Shown here piece after piece: positions 37,658-47,773 of a DNA stretch of 64,000 bases; within the stretch, counting starts at the first letter, position 1; each line of letters begins with the position of its first letter. This DNA is from an uncultured delta proteobacterium (lineage in GTDB: Bacteria > Myxococcota_A > Polyangia > Palsa-1104). The stretch spans positions 32,001-96,000 of the forward strand of contig CAWAWS010000029.1 in the NCBI GenBank assembly GCA_963785725.1, given 5' to 3'. The position numbers and the translations under genes were made by a program. The notes beneath the pieces are model-generated. The model ran no database searches. It had not been told where the DNA came from and saw only the letters and a program-made list of their open reading frames with translations.

Positions 37658-38276
37658 CGAACGCGCCTCCGAGCATGAACGAGAGCTGCGCCGCGACTCG
37701 ACTCTGCGGCAAGTCGCCGCCCGCGAAATAGGCGGTCACTTCACCGTCGGCGCAGAGATGAAAGTTGCCCGCGACTTTGGGGCAGAAGCCGGCGTGACCG
37801 GCGATGCCGTAGATGTTGTACGGCCACAACATGGCGACGAAGGCGGTGCCGACGCGAAAGGCGCCGCGCGTCGGCCGCAAGCGCAGACCGACGAGCCCGC
37901 CGACGCCGGCGCGATTCCAGGCTTCGCCGCGAATGCCGCCGTAGACGCTGAGCCAGGGCTTGTAGCGAATGGCGTAGTCGAGCGTGAGCGTCATCGTCAC
38001 CGGCGCCGCGCGCACGACCGACGGACCGTGCGAGCCGCCGCCGATCGTGATGCCCACGCCCGCTTGGCCTTCGACGAGCAACAGGGGCGGACGCAGCTTC
38101 GGCGCTTCGGTGTTGATGCCGAGATCGGGCGCGATCGGACCTGACGACGGCGCCGACCCGGAGTTGATGCCGCGATCGGGCGCGATCGGACCCGACGACG
38201 ACGCCGTCTCGGCGGAGGCGGGCGCCGCGGGCAGCGCCGTCAAAAGCAGCGCCGGTATGGCCCAACGAAACTTCAT
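37647..38276 (-). CDS. Exported protein, probable small outer-membrane beta-barrel
   Basis: Signal peptide ending ASA; duplicated SSGPIAPDxGIN; alternating amphipathic strands; ends GGAFDAL. Confidence 0.6.
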   Translation of the reverse strand: MKFRWAIPALLLTALPAAPASAETASSSGPIAPDRGINSGSAPSSGPIAPDLGINTEAPKLRPPLLLVEGQAGVGITIGGGSHGPSVVRAAPVTMTLTLDYAIRYKPWLSVYGGIRGEAWNRAGVGGLVGLRLRPTRGAFRVGTAFVAMLWPYNIYGIAGHAGFCPKVAGNFHLCADGEVTAYFAGGDLPQSRVAAQLSFMLGGAFDAL

Positions 38277-38288
38277 GGCGAGCCCTAG

Positions 38289-38305
38289 AGCAAGCGCCGT
38301 TCCAG
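38289..38305 (-). promoter_or_regulatory. sigma54 promoter of the 38276-37403 operon
   Basis: Minus strand CTGGAACGGCGCTTGCT (GG-N10-GC); flanks GCGCTGG and TTGCTCTAG are identical to the flgB promoter. Confidence 0.75.
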
Positions 38306-38422
38306 CGCTGAAACCCGCGCGGCGCGGCGATTTGCGAGCGTTGGCGACGAACGCGTCAGCCGCGACGTCGTCAGAATTGGCGCGCGCTCAACTCGTCGGC
38401 GATGCGGTCGATGATCCCAACG

Positions 38423-40144
38423 ATGAACCGAACTCGCCTAGAGCGGCAGCTGCTCGAAGCCGGCCTGAGCGTCGAACGCGCGCCCAGCAAAGCCGAGTGG
38501 GCCGCGTTTCTCGGCCTCGTCGACTTCACCTATCGCGACGCCGATCAGGAGCGCTTCACGCTCGACCGCGCCGTCGCCGAGTCGTACGAAGAGCTGGCCG
38601 CGCATCGCGATCAATTGAAGGCCGTGCTCGATTCGATGGGTGACGGCTTGTGCGTCGTCGACAAGGACGGACGGCTCGAGAGCTTGAACCACGCCGCCGA
38701 AGAGATCCTCGGCTGGACGCAAGAGCAAGTGTTCGGCGATCACGTCGCCGACGTCGCCACCGGCTATCGCGCGCACGGCATCGACGAGACGCCCGACGTC
38801 GTGCGGCTGCGCCAGTCGCTCTCGGAGGGCATCCGCGCCCGCGACGACGACGGTCGCTGGCTCGCGCGCGACGGCAGCTCGGTGCACGTCGCGTGGATGC
38901 TGACGCCGATGGTCGAAAACGGCGAACATTCGGGCTCGGTCTTGGTCTTTCGCGACATCGGCGCCTATCGCTCGACGGTCACCGAGCTGCAGCACTCCGA
39001 GGCGCGCTTTCGCACGGCGTTCGAGTCGACGGCCATCGGCATGCTGCGCCTCGGCGCCGTCGGCCACATCGTCGAGTGCAACCGCGCGCTGCAGCGCATC
39101 TTGGGCTTCAACCCGGCCGAGCGGATTCAGCGGCTGCCCGACATCGTGCATCCCGACGATCGCGAGCGCGTGCGCACCGTGCTCGGCGAGCTGTTCTCGG
39201 GCGCGCGCGATCATTCGCGCTCGGAGCAGCGCCTCGTGCGCGAAGACGGCACGACCGTGTGGTGCAGCTTGTCGATGGCGCCGGTGGTGTCGCCCGACGG
39301 CAAGCGCGTCGTCGCCATCGGCACGCTCGAAGATCTGACGGAGCTGAAGTCGCTGGAAGTGGAGCTGCGGCAAGCGCAGAAGCTGGAGGCGGTAGGGCTT
39401 CTGGCGAGCGGCATCGCGCACGAGATCAACACGCCGGTGCAGTTCGTCGGCGACAACGTGCAGTTCTTGGAGGGCGCGTTCGGCGATCTCTTGACGGCGG
39501 TGCAGGCGGCCAAGCTGCCGACGGACGAGAACCTCGACTTCCTGATCCAAGAGGTGCCGCGCGCGATCACCGAGACCCTCGAAGGCGTGCAGCGCGTCGG
39601 CAGCATCGTGCGCGCGCTCAAGAGCTTCGCGCTGCCGATGGGCAGCCAAGAGCAGGTGTCGACCGATCTGAATCAGGCGCTGGCGAACACGCTGACGGTG
39701 GCGCGCAACGAGTTCAAATACGTGGCCGACATCGAGACCGAGTTCGGCGAGCTGCCGCTCGTGCGCTGCCACCCCGGCAACGTCAACCAAGTGTTCCTCA
39801 ATCTCATCATCAACGCCGCGCATGCCATCGGCGACGTGCACAAAAAGACGGGCAAGCGCGGCGTCATTCGGCTGCGCACGAGCGTCATGGGCGATCGCGT
39901 CGCCATCGCCATCTCCGACGACGGCTCCGGCATCAAGCCCGAGATTCGCACCAAGATCTTCGATCCGTTCTTCACGACGAAGCCGGTCGGCAAAGGCACC
40001 GGTCACGGCTTGGCCATCGTGCGCTCGGTCGTCGACAAGCACGGCGGCGCCGTCCGTCTCGACAGCGAATTGGGACGTGGCACCACCTTCACGATCGAGC
40101 TGCCCATTCACGGCTTGAGCGACGAGCGGAGCGTGTCGGCATGA
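38423..40144 (+). CDS. Cytoplasmic PAS-PAS sensor histidine kinase
   Basis: Two PAS/PAC repeats, AHEINTP H-box, NLIINA, DDGSG, FFTTKPVGKGTG; alternative starts at 38402 and 38411. Confidence 0.92.
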   Translation: MNRTRLERQLLEAGLSVERAPSKAEWAAFLGLVDFTYRDADQERFTLDRAVAESYEELAAHRDQLKAVLDSMGDGLCVVDKDGRLESLNHAAEEILGWTQEQVFGDHVADVATGYRAHGIDETPDVVRLRQSLSEGIRARDDDGRWLARDGSSVHVAWMLTPMVENGEHSGSVLVFRDIGAYRSTVTELQHSEARFRTAFESTAIGMLRLGAVGHIVECNRALQRILGFNPAERIQRLPDIVHPDDRERVRTVLGELFSGARDHSRSEQRLVREDGTTVWCSLSMAPVVSPDGKRVVAIGTLEDLTELKSLEVELRQAQKLEAVGLLASGIAHEINTPVQFVGDNVQFLEGAFGDLLTAVQAAKLPTDENLDFLIQEVPRAITETLEGVQRVGSIVRALKSFALPMGSQEQVSTDLNQALANTLTVARNEFKYVADIETEFGELPLVRCHPGNVNQVFLNLIINAAHAIGDVHKKTGKRGVIRLRTSVMGDRVAIAISDDGSGIKPEIRTKIFDPFFTTKPVGKGTGHGLAIVRSVVDKHGGAVRLDSELGRGTTFTIELPIHGLSDERSVSA

Positions 40145-40163
40145 GCGAGCATCGAGCGAGCGA

Positions 40164-41138
40164 ATGAGCCATCTCTTGTTCGTCGACGACGATCGGCATG
40201 TGCTCGACGGGCTGATGCGCCTCTTGCGCCGTCGTCGTGGCTGGAAATTGGCGTTCGCCGCGAGCGGCGAGGCGGCGCTGCAGGTCTTGGCCGGGCAGCC
40301 GATCGACGTCGTCGTGACCGACATGCGCATGCCGGGCATGGACGGCGCCGAGCTGTTGAGCGAGGTCCAGCGCCTGCATCCGCATGTGGCGCGCGTGGTC
40401 TTGTCGGGCCACACCGAAGACGACGCGGCCATTCGCTCGTTGACGGTGGCGCATCAATTTCTGGCGAAGCCGTGTGACACGATGATGTTGACGGCGACGC
40501 TCGAGCGCATGACGGCCGTGACGACGACCGATCGCGCGCGGCGTGAGCGCGTCGCCGGCGTGCGCGTCTTGCCGACGCCGGCGGCGAGCCACGACGAGCT
40601 CATGTCGCTGCTGCACGCGGCGGCGAGCGCCGAGCCGATCGCGCGCGTCGTCGAGCGCGACGTGGCGCTGTCCGCGCGCCTCTTGCACGCGGTGTCGTCG
40701 CCGTTCTTCGGTCACTCCGGTCGCCATCCGAGCATCGGCGACGCCGTCATCAAATTGGGCACGACCTTGCTGCGCGAGCTCGCCCGCGTCGGCGCGCTCT
40801 GTCGCCGCGTCGACGGCAGCGAAGCCGCGCGGCTGGAACGCGCCAACGCCCGCGCCGTCAGCCTGGGCGCGGCCGCCGCCGAGCGCGTGCCCGAACGCCG
40901 CGCCGACGCCTACGCCGCCGGCCTCTTGCACGACATCGGACCGTGGGTCGGCGACGACGCCGACGCCGGTCGCGAGCTGTTGTCGCTGTGGGGCCTGCCC
41001 GAGCTCATCGTCGACGCCGAGGTGCCGGGCGCGTCCGCGAGCGACGTGGCCGTGCGCGCCGCCGTCGTCGCTGCTGCCGCCGCCGCGGCGCACGCCATCG
41101 AACCGACGCCGTCACGCGACGCGCGAGTGGCCTCATGA
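40164..41138 (+). CDS. Response regulator REC-HDOD
   Basis: FVDDD, TDMRMPGMDG, AKP; LPTP, DVALSARLL, AGLLHDIG. Confidence 0.85.
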   Translation: MSHLLFVDDDRHVLDGLMRLLRRRRGWKLAFAASGEAALQVLAGQPIDVVVTDMRMPGMDGAELLSEVQRLHPHVARVVLSGHTEDDAAIRSLTVAHQFLAKPCDTMMLTATLERMTAVTTTDRARRERVAGVRVLPTPAASHDELMSLLHAAASAEPIARVVERDVALSARLLHAVSSPFFGHSGRHPSIGDAVIKLGTTLLRELARVGALCRRVDGSEAARLERANARAVSLGAAAAERVPERRADAYAAGLLHDIGPWVGDDADAGRELLSLWGLPELIVDAEVPGASASDVAVRAAVVAAAAAAAHAIEPTPSRDARVAS

Positions 41139-42286
41139 CTACCGCGACCCGACCGCGCGTCCTCTTCGTCGACGACGAGGTCAACGTCTTGCGCGGCATC
41201 GCGCGCACGCTGCACGCCGGCTACGAAGTGCACACCGCCGGCGGCGGCGAGGAGGCGCTGGCCAAGCTCGCCGCCGACGGCCCGTTCGCCGCCGTCGTCT
41301 CCGACATGCGCATGCCGGGCATGGACGGCGCCGCCTTTCTGCAGCGGGCCTTCGCGCAAGCGCCCGACACCGTACGCCTCTTGTTGACGGGCCAAGCCGA
41401 CATGGACGCGGCGATCTCGGCCATCAACGACGGGCGCATCTTCCGCTTCTTGGCCAAGCCCTGCCCGGCGGCGACGTTGACGGCGGCGCTGGCGGCGGCG
41501 GTCGAGCAGCATCGGCTGATCACGGCCGAGAAAGATCTGCTCGAGCAGACGCTGCGCGGCGCGGTGACGGCGCTCGTCGAGACCTTGGCGCTGACGCATC
41601 CGCTGGCGTTCGGGCGCGCGCTGCGGCTCAAGAAGCGCGCGGCCGAATTGGCCGCGGCGCTGCCGCAGGTGGCGGCCTGGCCCATCGAAGTCGCGGCCAT
41701 GCTGTCGCAGCTCGGCTCGGCGTCGCTGCCGGTGTCGGTGCTCGAGCGGCTGCACCGCGGCGAGCCGCTGCGCGCCGACGAGCGCGAGATGGTCGATCGC
41801 GCGGCGCAGATCGGCGACACGCTCGTCGGCCACCTGCCGCGCCTCGAGAAGGTGCGCGAGATCCTCAAGAACCAGCGCAAAGGCTACGACGGCAGCGGGC
41901 AGCCGTATGATTCGCTGGCGGGCGAGGCCATTCCGCTCGGCGCGCGCCTGATGCGGATCATCGACGACTACGACGTGCTCGAAGCGCGCGGCCACAACCC
42001 GGCGGTGAGCCTGCAGGTGCTGCGCTCGCGCGAAGGCATCTACGATCCCAAGCTGCTGCAGCTCGTCGAGGATATGTGGGTCTCGACGCATGTCGCGGCG
42101 GTGCGGGTGCGCGAGCTGAAGGTCAACGAGCTGCGCGTCGGCATGATCTTGGCGAGCGACGTGTTCGCGTCCAACGGCATGCTGCTGGTGACGCACGGCC
42201 ACGAGGTGACGGTCAGCCTCGTCGAGCGGCTGCGCAACTTCGATCGCATCGGCGTCCGCGAGCCGCTGCTCGTCCGCGCGGCGTAA
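41135..42286 (+). CDS. Response regulator REC plus degenerate HD-GYP-like domain
   Basis: FVDDE, SDMRMPGMDG; LSQLG replaces HDIG and QRKGYDGSGQP replaces HHExxDGSGYP; IPLGAR. Confidence 0.85.
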   Translation: MTTATRPRVLFVDDEVNVLRGIARTLHAGYEVHTAGGGEEALAKLAADGPFAAVVSDMRMPGMDGAAFLQRAFAQAPDTVRLLLTGQADMDAAISAINDGRIFRFLAKPCPAATLTAALAAAVEQHRLITAEKDLLEQTLRGAVTALVETLALTHPLAFGRALRLKKRAAELAAALPQVAAWPIEVAAMLSQLGSASLPVSVLERLHRGEPLRADEREMVDRAAQIGDTLVGHLPRLEKVREILKNQRKGYDGSGQPYDSLAGEAIPLGARLMRIIDDYDVLEARGHNPAVSLQVLRSREGIYDPKLLQLVEDMWVSTHVAAVRVRELKVNELRVGMILASDVFASNGMLLVTHGHEVTVSLVERLRNFDRIGVREPLLVRAA

Positions 42287-42571
42287 TCCTAGTCTCGCTG
42301 GGCATTCAATCGTTCGTCGGTGGTCGCACGCGACCGGCGCCGACGGCGCGCCGACGACGACGACGGACGCGCTGCATCCGCTCACCATCGTCAACAGGCC
42401 GAGCCCAGCCACGACCGCTGCGAGCCTCATGGTCGGTGGAGGACACGAGCCCACCGACCGTCGCATCTTTTTATGGAATGCCGGAGTTGTGCAGCCCTTA
42501 GCCGCGGCAATTCGTCGCAGCCCCCCTCAAGCGCCAAGTTTCCTGGTCGATTCGTTTAGACGGGAGAAAAC

Positions 42572-44095
42572 ATGTCTGAAGCCTTACATCCGCCCGAGTG
42601 GCATCGTGAGCTGTTCGACAACAGCCCCACTCCGATCCTCGTGATCGACGCGCGGACGCTCGAGTTTCTCGCCGTCAACGAGACCGCGCTGCGCCACTAT
42701 GGCTACTCCCGCCACGAGCTCTTGAAGCTCAAGATCGCCGATCTGTCCGAGACCCGTGAGATTCCGCCGCAGCTGCGCACCGACGCCACCGAATGGACGG
42801 GCTCGGCGCGTCACCGGCAAAAGAGCGGCTGTATCATCAACGTCGAGCTGGCCGCCCGCGCCGTCAGCTTCGCCGGCCGTCCGGCGCGCATGCTGGTCGT
42901 CCGCGACGTGACCGAGCAGCTGCGCCTGCAAGAGCAGCTGCAGCAGTCGGTGAAGATGGACGCGCTCGGTCGCCTCGCCGGCGGCGTCGCCCACGACTTC
43001 AACAACCTGCTCAGCGTCGTGCTCGGCTATACGGCGCTGATGCTGGAGGACGTGCCCGTCGAGCAGCCGATGCACGCCGACTTGCAAGAGGTCGTGCGCG
43101 CCGCCGAGCGCGCCGCCGAGCTGACGCGGCAGCTGTTGGCTTTTTCGCGCCACAACGTCACCGAGCGGCGCACGCTCGACGTCAACACCGTCGTCGGCGG
43201 CATGAGCAAGATGCTGCGCCGGATTCTGCCCGAGGACATCGATCTGCAGATGTCGGCGGCCGCGCCCGGCGCCGCCATCGACGGTGACGCCGGCCAGATC
43301 GAGAACATCCTCATGAACCTGGCCGTGAACGCGCGCGACGCCATGCCCACCGGCGGCCGCCTCACGATCGAGACCAGCAACGTCGAGCTCGACGAGGAGT
43401 TCACGCGCAGCCACTTCGGCGCCAAGCCGGGCCCGCACGTCATGGTCGCCGTCAGCGACACCGGCATCGGCATGGACAAGCAGACGCGCGCCCGCATCTT
43501 CGAGCCGTTCTTCACGACCAAGGCGCAAGGCAAGGGCACCGGGCTCGGCTTGTCGACGGTCTTCGGCATCGTCCAGCAGTACGGCGGCGTCATTTGGGTC
43601 TACAGCGAGCTCGGCCGCGGCACGACGTTCAAGATCTTCATCCCGCGCGCCGCGTCCGCCGCCATCGCCGCCGGTGAAAAGAAGGACGCGCACCTGACGC
43701 GCGGCACCGAGACCATCCTGCTCGCCGAGGACGAGGCGCAAGTGCGCGCCGTCGCCGCCGGCATCTTGCGGCGCGGCGGCTATCGCGTCGTCGAGGCGGC
43801 GTCGCCGACGGAAGCGCTGGTCTTGTGTCAGGAACATCCAGGCGCCATCGATCTGCTGGTGACCGATCTGGTGATGCCGCAGATGAACGGCAACGAGCTG
43901 GCGTCGCGGCTGCGCTCGCTGCGTCCCGGCCTCAAAGTGCTCTACATGTCGGGCTATACCGAGATCGTCATGGGTCCGCACTTGGCGGCCGATTCGCTGT
44001 TCCTGCAGAAGCCGTTCACGCCCGACGGGCTGACGTCCAAAGTGCGCGCGCTGCTCGACGCGACGCCGGCGCCGAACCTGCGCGCCACCGGTTAG
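42572..44095 (+). CDS. PAS hybrid histidine kinase with C-terminal REC (CckA-like)
   Basis: GGVAHDFNNLL, NARDAMP, FFTTKAQGKGTGLGL, TDLVMP. Confidence 0.92.
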   Translation: MSEALHPPEWHRELFDNSPTPILVIDARTLEFLAVNETALRHYGYSRHELLKLKIADLSETREIPPQLRTDATEWTGSARHRQKSGCIINVELAARAVSFAGRPARMLVVRDVTEQLRLQEQLQQSVKMDALGRLAGGVAHDFNNLLSVVLGYTALMLEDVPVEQPMHADLQEVVRAAERAAELTRQLLAFSRHNVTERRTLDVNTVVGGMSKMLRRILPEDIDLQMSAAAPGAAIDGDAGQIENILMNLAVNARDAMPTGGRLTIETSNVELDEEFTRSHFGAKPGPHVMVAVSDTGIGMDKQTRARIFEPFFTTKAQGKGTGLGLSTVFGIVQQYGGVIWVYSELGRGTTFKIFIPRAASAAIAAGEKKDAHLTRGTETILLAEDEAQVRAVAAGILRRGGYRVVEAASPTEALVLCQEHPGAIDLLVTDLVMPQMNGNELASRLRSLRPGLKVLYMSGYTEIVMGPHLAADSLFLQKPFTPDGLTSKVRALLDATPAPNLRATG

Positions 44096-44148
44096 CCGCT
44101 CGCCTTTACACGCCGCGCGACCAGCGGCTCGACGCGGTAGGATGCCGC

Positions 44149-45568
44149 ATGCTCGCGGCCTGGCACTTCCTGCTGCCTCACGTGACGAGCCTCGTCGGCG
44201 TCATCATGGGCGCCTATCTCGTGTTGCGACTGCTCGGCGAGCGCCGTCCCACCGGCTCGACGATGGCCTGGATCTTCGCGGTGCTCCTCGTTCCCTATGT
44301 CGGCGTGCCGTTCTATCTCGTCTTCGGCGGCCGCAAGCTCAAGCGTAAGGCGGCGTCCAAGGACGAGCTCTACGGCGCCGGCGAGACCGCGGCCGTGGAC
44401 GCGCTCGGCGACGAGCCGGTGGCGCGCATGCTGTGCGCGTTCGGCGTGCCGCCGCCCTGCGCCGGCAACCACTGTCGGCTCCTGACGACGGGCGAGCAGG
44501 CGTGGGCGACGCTCCTCGAGACGATCGACAACGCGCAACATCGGCTGCACATCTCGACGCTGATCCTCGGCGACGACGAGATCGGCGACGAGGTGATCGC
44601 GCGGCTGACCAAGCGCGCGCAGGCCGGCGTCGAGGTGCGGCTGCTCATGGACGCGCTGTTCATGCCCTATTCGGCGGGTCGGCGACTGAAGCCGCTCCTG
44701 CGGGCGGGCGGTCGCACGGCCGCGTTCATGCCGGTCGTGCACCTCTCGTTCTCGGGCCACGCGAATCTGCGGCTGCACCGCAAGATCGTCGTCGCCGATG
44801 ATCGCGTGGCCATCGTCGGCGGCATGAACTTGGCGCTCGAGTACATGGGACCGACGCCGCTGCAGACGCGCTGGCACGATCTGTCGGCGCGCGTCGTCGG
44901 GCCGGCCGTGCGCGACATCGCGGCCATCTTCCGCGCCGACTGGGCCTTCGCCGCCGGCGAGACGCTGGCCGCGCCGTCGTCGACCGCGGGCGACGCCGCG
45001 CTCGCCGACGGCACCACGGCGACCGACGGCGCGTCCACGCGCCTGCAAGTCGTCGGCAGCGGCCCCGACGTGCAGAGCGATTCTGCTCTACGACGCCTTC
45101 TTGTCGGCGATTTTCGACGCCCGCCAGCGCCTGTGGTTCGCGACGCCGTACTTCGTGCCCGACGAAGCGCTCACGCACGCCATCATCCTCGCCGTTCGCC
45201 GCGGCGTCGACGTGCGCATCCTCGTGCCCGCCAAGTCCGACCACTTCATCGCCGACTTGGCCGGCTTCAGCACGCTGCGCGACATCGCCGCCGTCGGCGC
45301 CCGCATCGACGCGTTCGGCCCGGGCATGATGCACGCCAAGGTCATCATCGTCGACGACGCGCTCGGCATCATGGGCAGCGCCAATCTCGACATGCGCAGC
45401 CTCTTCCTCGATTACGAGATCGCGCTCTTCACGTCGACGGCCGCGGACGTGCGCGCGCTCGCCGCCTGGTACGAGTCGCTCTTGCCGAGCTGCGGGCCGC
45501 TGGCGCCGGCCGGTCGCGTGCGCGCCTTCGGCGAAGATGTCTGCCGCTTGCTGGGCCCGCTCGTGTAG
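44149..45568 (+). CDS. cls: Cardiolipin synthase (PLD family) with a +1 frameshift near 45082
   Basis: N-terminal TM hairpin; HRKIVVADD and HAKVIIVDD motifs in different frames; TPYFVP; GSANLDMRS; span 1420 nt = 3n+1. Confidence 0.88.
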
Positions 45569-45730
45569 CTGCCGTCGCCCAGCCGTCGCGGCCGCCGACG
45601 TCGCTGGCTATGTGGCGACAACGCTTGGGGATGTAGTTGCGCCAGCGCGACTACGCGATGTTCCCAGTTGATCTCGCACATCCACGGACGTACGATACCT
45701 TACGTCGCCGGGTGGCGGGTGAGGGTGACC

Positions 45731-46036
45731 ATGGGCAAGCGGAGCGACGACATCGCGGTGCTGGTTTCCTACTTGGCCGACCAGATCGAAGAGATCGGCC
45801 AGCGTGGCGCGGCGCTGCAGGCGCAGCAGCAGATCCTGCTCGACGTCGTCGAAGAGAAGCTGGCCGAGTCCCGCTGCGCCGACGACGTGCCGCGGGACGC
45901 CATCGCCGGCCTCATCGGCCTACGCGTGCAGCTGCGGCGCGCGCTCGGCTTGCAGGACTCGCTGGCGCCGGCCCGCCCGCCCGGCCACGGCGATCACGAC
46001 GGCCCGGCGGCACCGTTCAGGCGCGCGGCCGGCTGA
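45731..46036 (+). CDS. Hypothetical coiled-coil protein
   Basis: GAGGG RBS-like element, host-like codon usage, heptad pattern. Confidence 0.5.
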   Translation: MGKRSDDIAVLVSYLADQIEEIGQRGAALQAQQQILLDVVEEKLAESRCADDVPRDAIAGLIGLRVQLRRALGLQDSLAPARPPGHGDHDGPAAPFRRAAG

Positions 46037-47427
46037 GCCGCGCTGACGGCGCGCGGTAGGCTGAGCCAGAAGCAGGCGCCGCCGTCACCGGCGCCACCGT
46101 CGACGCCGATGTCGCCGCCGTAAGCGCCGACCAGCTTCTTGACGGTCGCCAAGCCGAGGCCGAAGCCGGGCTGCTTGCGCGCGCCGTCGAGCCGCACGAA
46201 GGGCTCGAAGATCTTGCCGCGCTTCTCGGCGGGAATGCCCGGCCCGCTGTCCTCGACCTCGAGCCGCACGCGTCCGTCGCCGCCGCCGTGCACGCGCACG
46301 TCGACGTGACGGCGCGGCTGCCCGGCGACGTATTTGACGGCGTTGCGCACCAAGTTGCCGACGATCGAGAGCAGCGCCGCGCGCGAGCAGGCGACGCTGA
46401 CGCCGACCTCGATGTCGACGTCGATCTCGGTGCCGCTGGTGCGCGCCTCGTCGCGGATGGCGCCGACCACCTCGTCGACGACGCCGCTGACGTCGGTGTG
46501 CTCGCCCGGCTGCGGCCGCGCACCCGACACCGCGAACTCGAGCAGGCCGTCGATGAGCTGGGTCATCGAGCGCAGCTGCTGCGCCAGCTTGGCGAACGAC
46601 GCCTTGTCCTCGCCGCGCTGCTCCGCCAGCATCACGCGCAGCCCCATCGCCGTCAGCGGATTCTTCAGGTCGTGCGCGATGCGGCCGGCGAACTGCTCGA
46701 GCTCCTGTGCGCGCTCTTCGGCCAGCCGGCGCCGCGCGTCGGCCACGCCGGCCCAATCGTGCATCGCCCGCGCGCTCGAGATGAGCAGTCCCGCGGCCAC
46801 CGCCGTCGCCAACAGCTGCAGCGCGTAGGAGATGGCCGCGATGCGACCGCGCAGCCGGGAGATTCGCCGCGTCGACTGGCTCAGCTCGGCGGCGTTGCGC
46901 TCGATGAGCTGCTCGATGCCTTCGGCGGCGCGCGCCGCTCGCACGTGCACTTCGATGCGTGACAGCTGCCGCGCGTCGCGCATCTCGCCGCGCTCGAGCA
47001 TGCGCAGGAGCTTCTCCACCGAACGCTCGAAGTCGTCGACGTTCTCGCCGAGATCGCGATAGAGCGCGCGCTCGCCCGGGTCGGTCGGCAGCGCCAGATA
47101 GCGCGCCAAGGCCATGCGCAGCTTGGCGTCGTCGGTGAGGAAGAAGCTGCGATCGATGGGCAGGCCGTCCGCCGCCGCCGAGAACGCCAGCGACGCCGAC
47201 GTCTCCATCTGCCGCAGCGCCGAACGGGCTTCGTCCAGGTGTTGAATCGACGGCGCCGCGTTGCCGGCGATGGCGTCACTCTCGCGGTCGATCGCGCGCA
47301 GCGAGCCGAGCGAGTAGAGGTTCGCGGCCAAGAAGCAGGCCACGGCGACCGCCGTCGCCCCGAACAGCCACGGCCAAGGCGCCGAGCGGGTCGGGCGAAC
47401 CGAATGAGATCGCGTCCGGATCACCAT
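45994..47427 (-). CDS. Membrane sensor histidine kinase with a four-helix-bundle sensor domain
   Basis: Two TM segments, AHDLKNPL, NAVKY, DSGPG, GFGLGL. Confidence 0.9.
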   Translation of the reverse strand: MVIRTRSHSVRPTRSAPWPWLFGATAVAVACFLAANLYSLGSLRAIDRESDAIAGNAAPSIQHLDEARSALRQMETSASLAFSAAADGLPIDRSFFLTDDAKLRMALARYLALPTDPGERALYRDLGENVDDFERSVEKLLRMLERGEMRDARQLSRIEVHVRAARAAEGIEQLIERNAAELSQSTRRISRLRGRIAAISYALQLLATAVAAGLLISSARAMHDWAGVADARRRLAEERAQELEQFAGRIAHDLKNPLTAMGLRVMLAEQRGEDKASFAKLAQQLRSMTQLIDGLLEFAVSGARPQPGEHTDVSGVVDEVVGAIRDEARTSGTEIDVDIEVGVSVACSRAALLSIVGNLVRNAVKYVAGQPRRHVDVRVHGGGDGRVRLEVEDSGPGIPAEKRGKIFEPFVRLDGARKQPGFGLGLATVKKLVGAYGGDIGVDGGAGDGGACFWLSLPRAVSAAQPAARLNGAAGPS

Positions 47428-47605
47428 AGATGCGACGCGCCAGGCGACGGCGCGGTTCCCTGAACGTGACGGGCTTTACCGCTTCTTTACGTTTCGTTAC
47501 CGTCCCCGCACAAAGGGAACGAGCGCTCAGTCGAACGCCTGACGTCGTCGCACGGTCGCCACCCGAAAATGCGAGCACTGCGGCGGGTGACGAGCGGCGG
47601 ACGAA

Positions 47606-47773
47606 TTACGACTTCGGCTTGGTCGCGCGCTTCTTGCGCGGCGCCTTCGGCTTGGCTCCGCTCGTCTGGGCCGGCGCAGCCTCGGCCGCGACCGATTCCC
47701 ACGACGTCGCCATCGTCTGCAAGTCCGCCACAATCTGCGAATTCAGGCTCACAAGACCCGCCAAAGTGCTCAT
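47606..47773 (-). CDS. Possible 55-aa small protein with a Lys/Pro/Arg-rich tail
   Basis: MSTLAGLVSLNSQIVADLQTMATSWESVAAEAAPAQTSGAKPKAPRKKRATKPKS; below the ORF-track cutoff; no clear RBS. Confidence 0.3.
   Translation of the reverse strand: MSTLAGLVSLNSQIVADLQTMATSWESVAAEAAPAQTSGAKPKAPRKKRATKPKS

Noticed and set aside
38120..38205. Direct repeat of about 36 bp in the beta-barrel-like gene
   Set aside because: In-frame duplication (SSGPIAPDxGIN twice) in a linker; not a mobile or regulatory element
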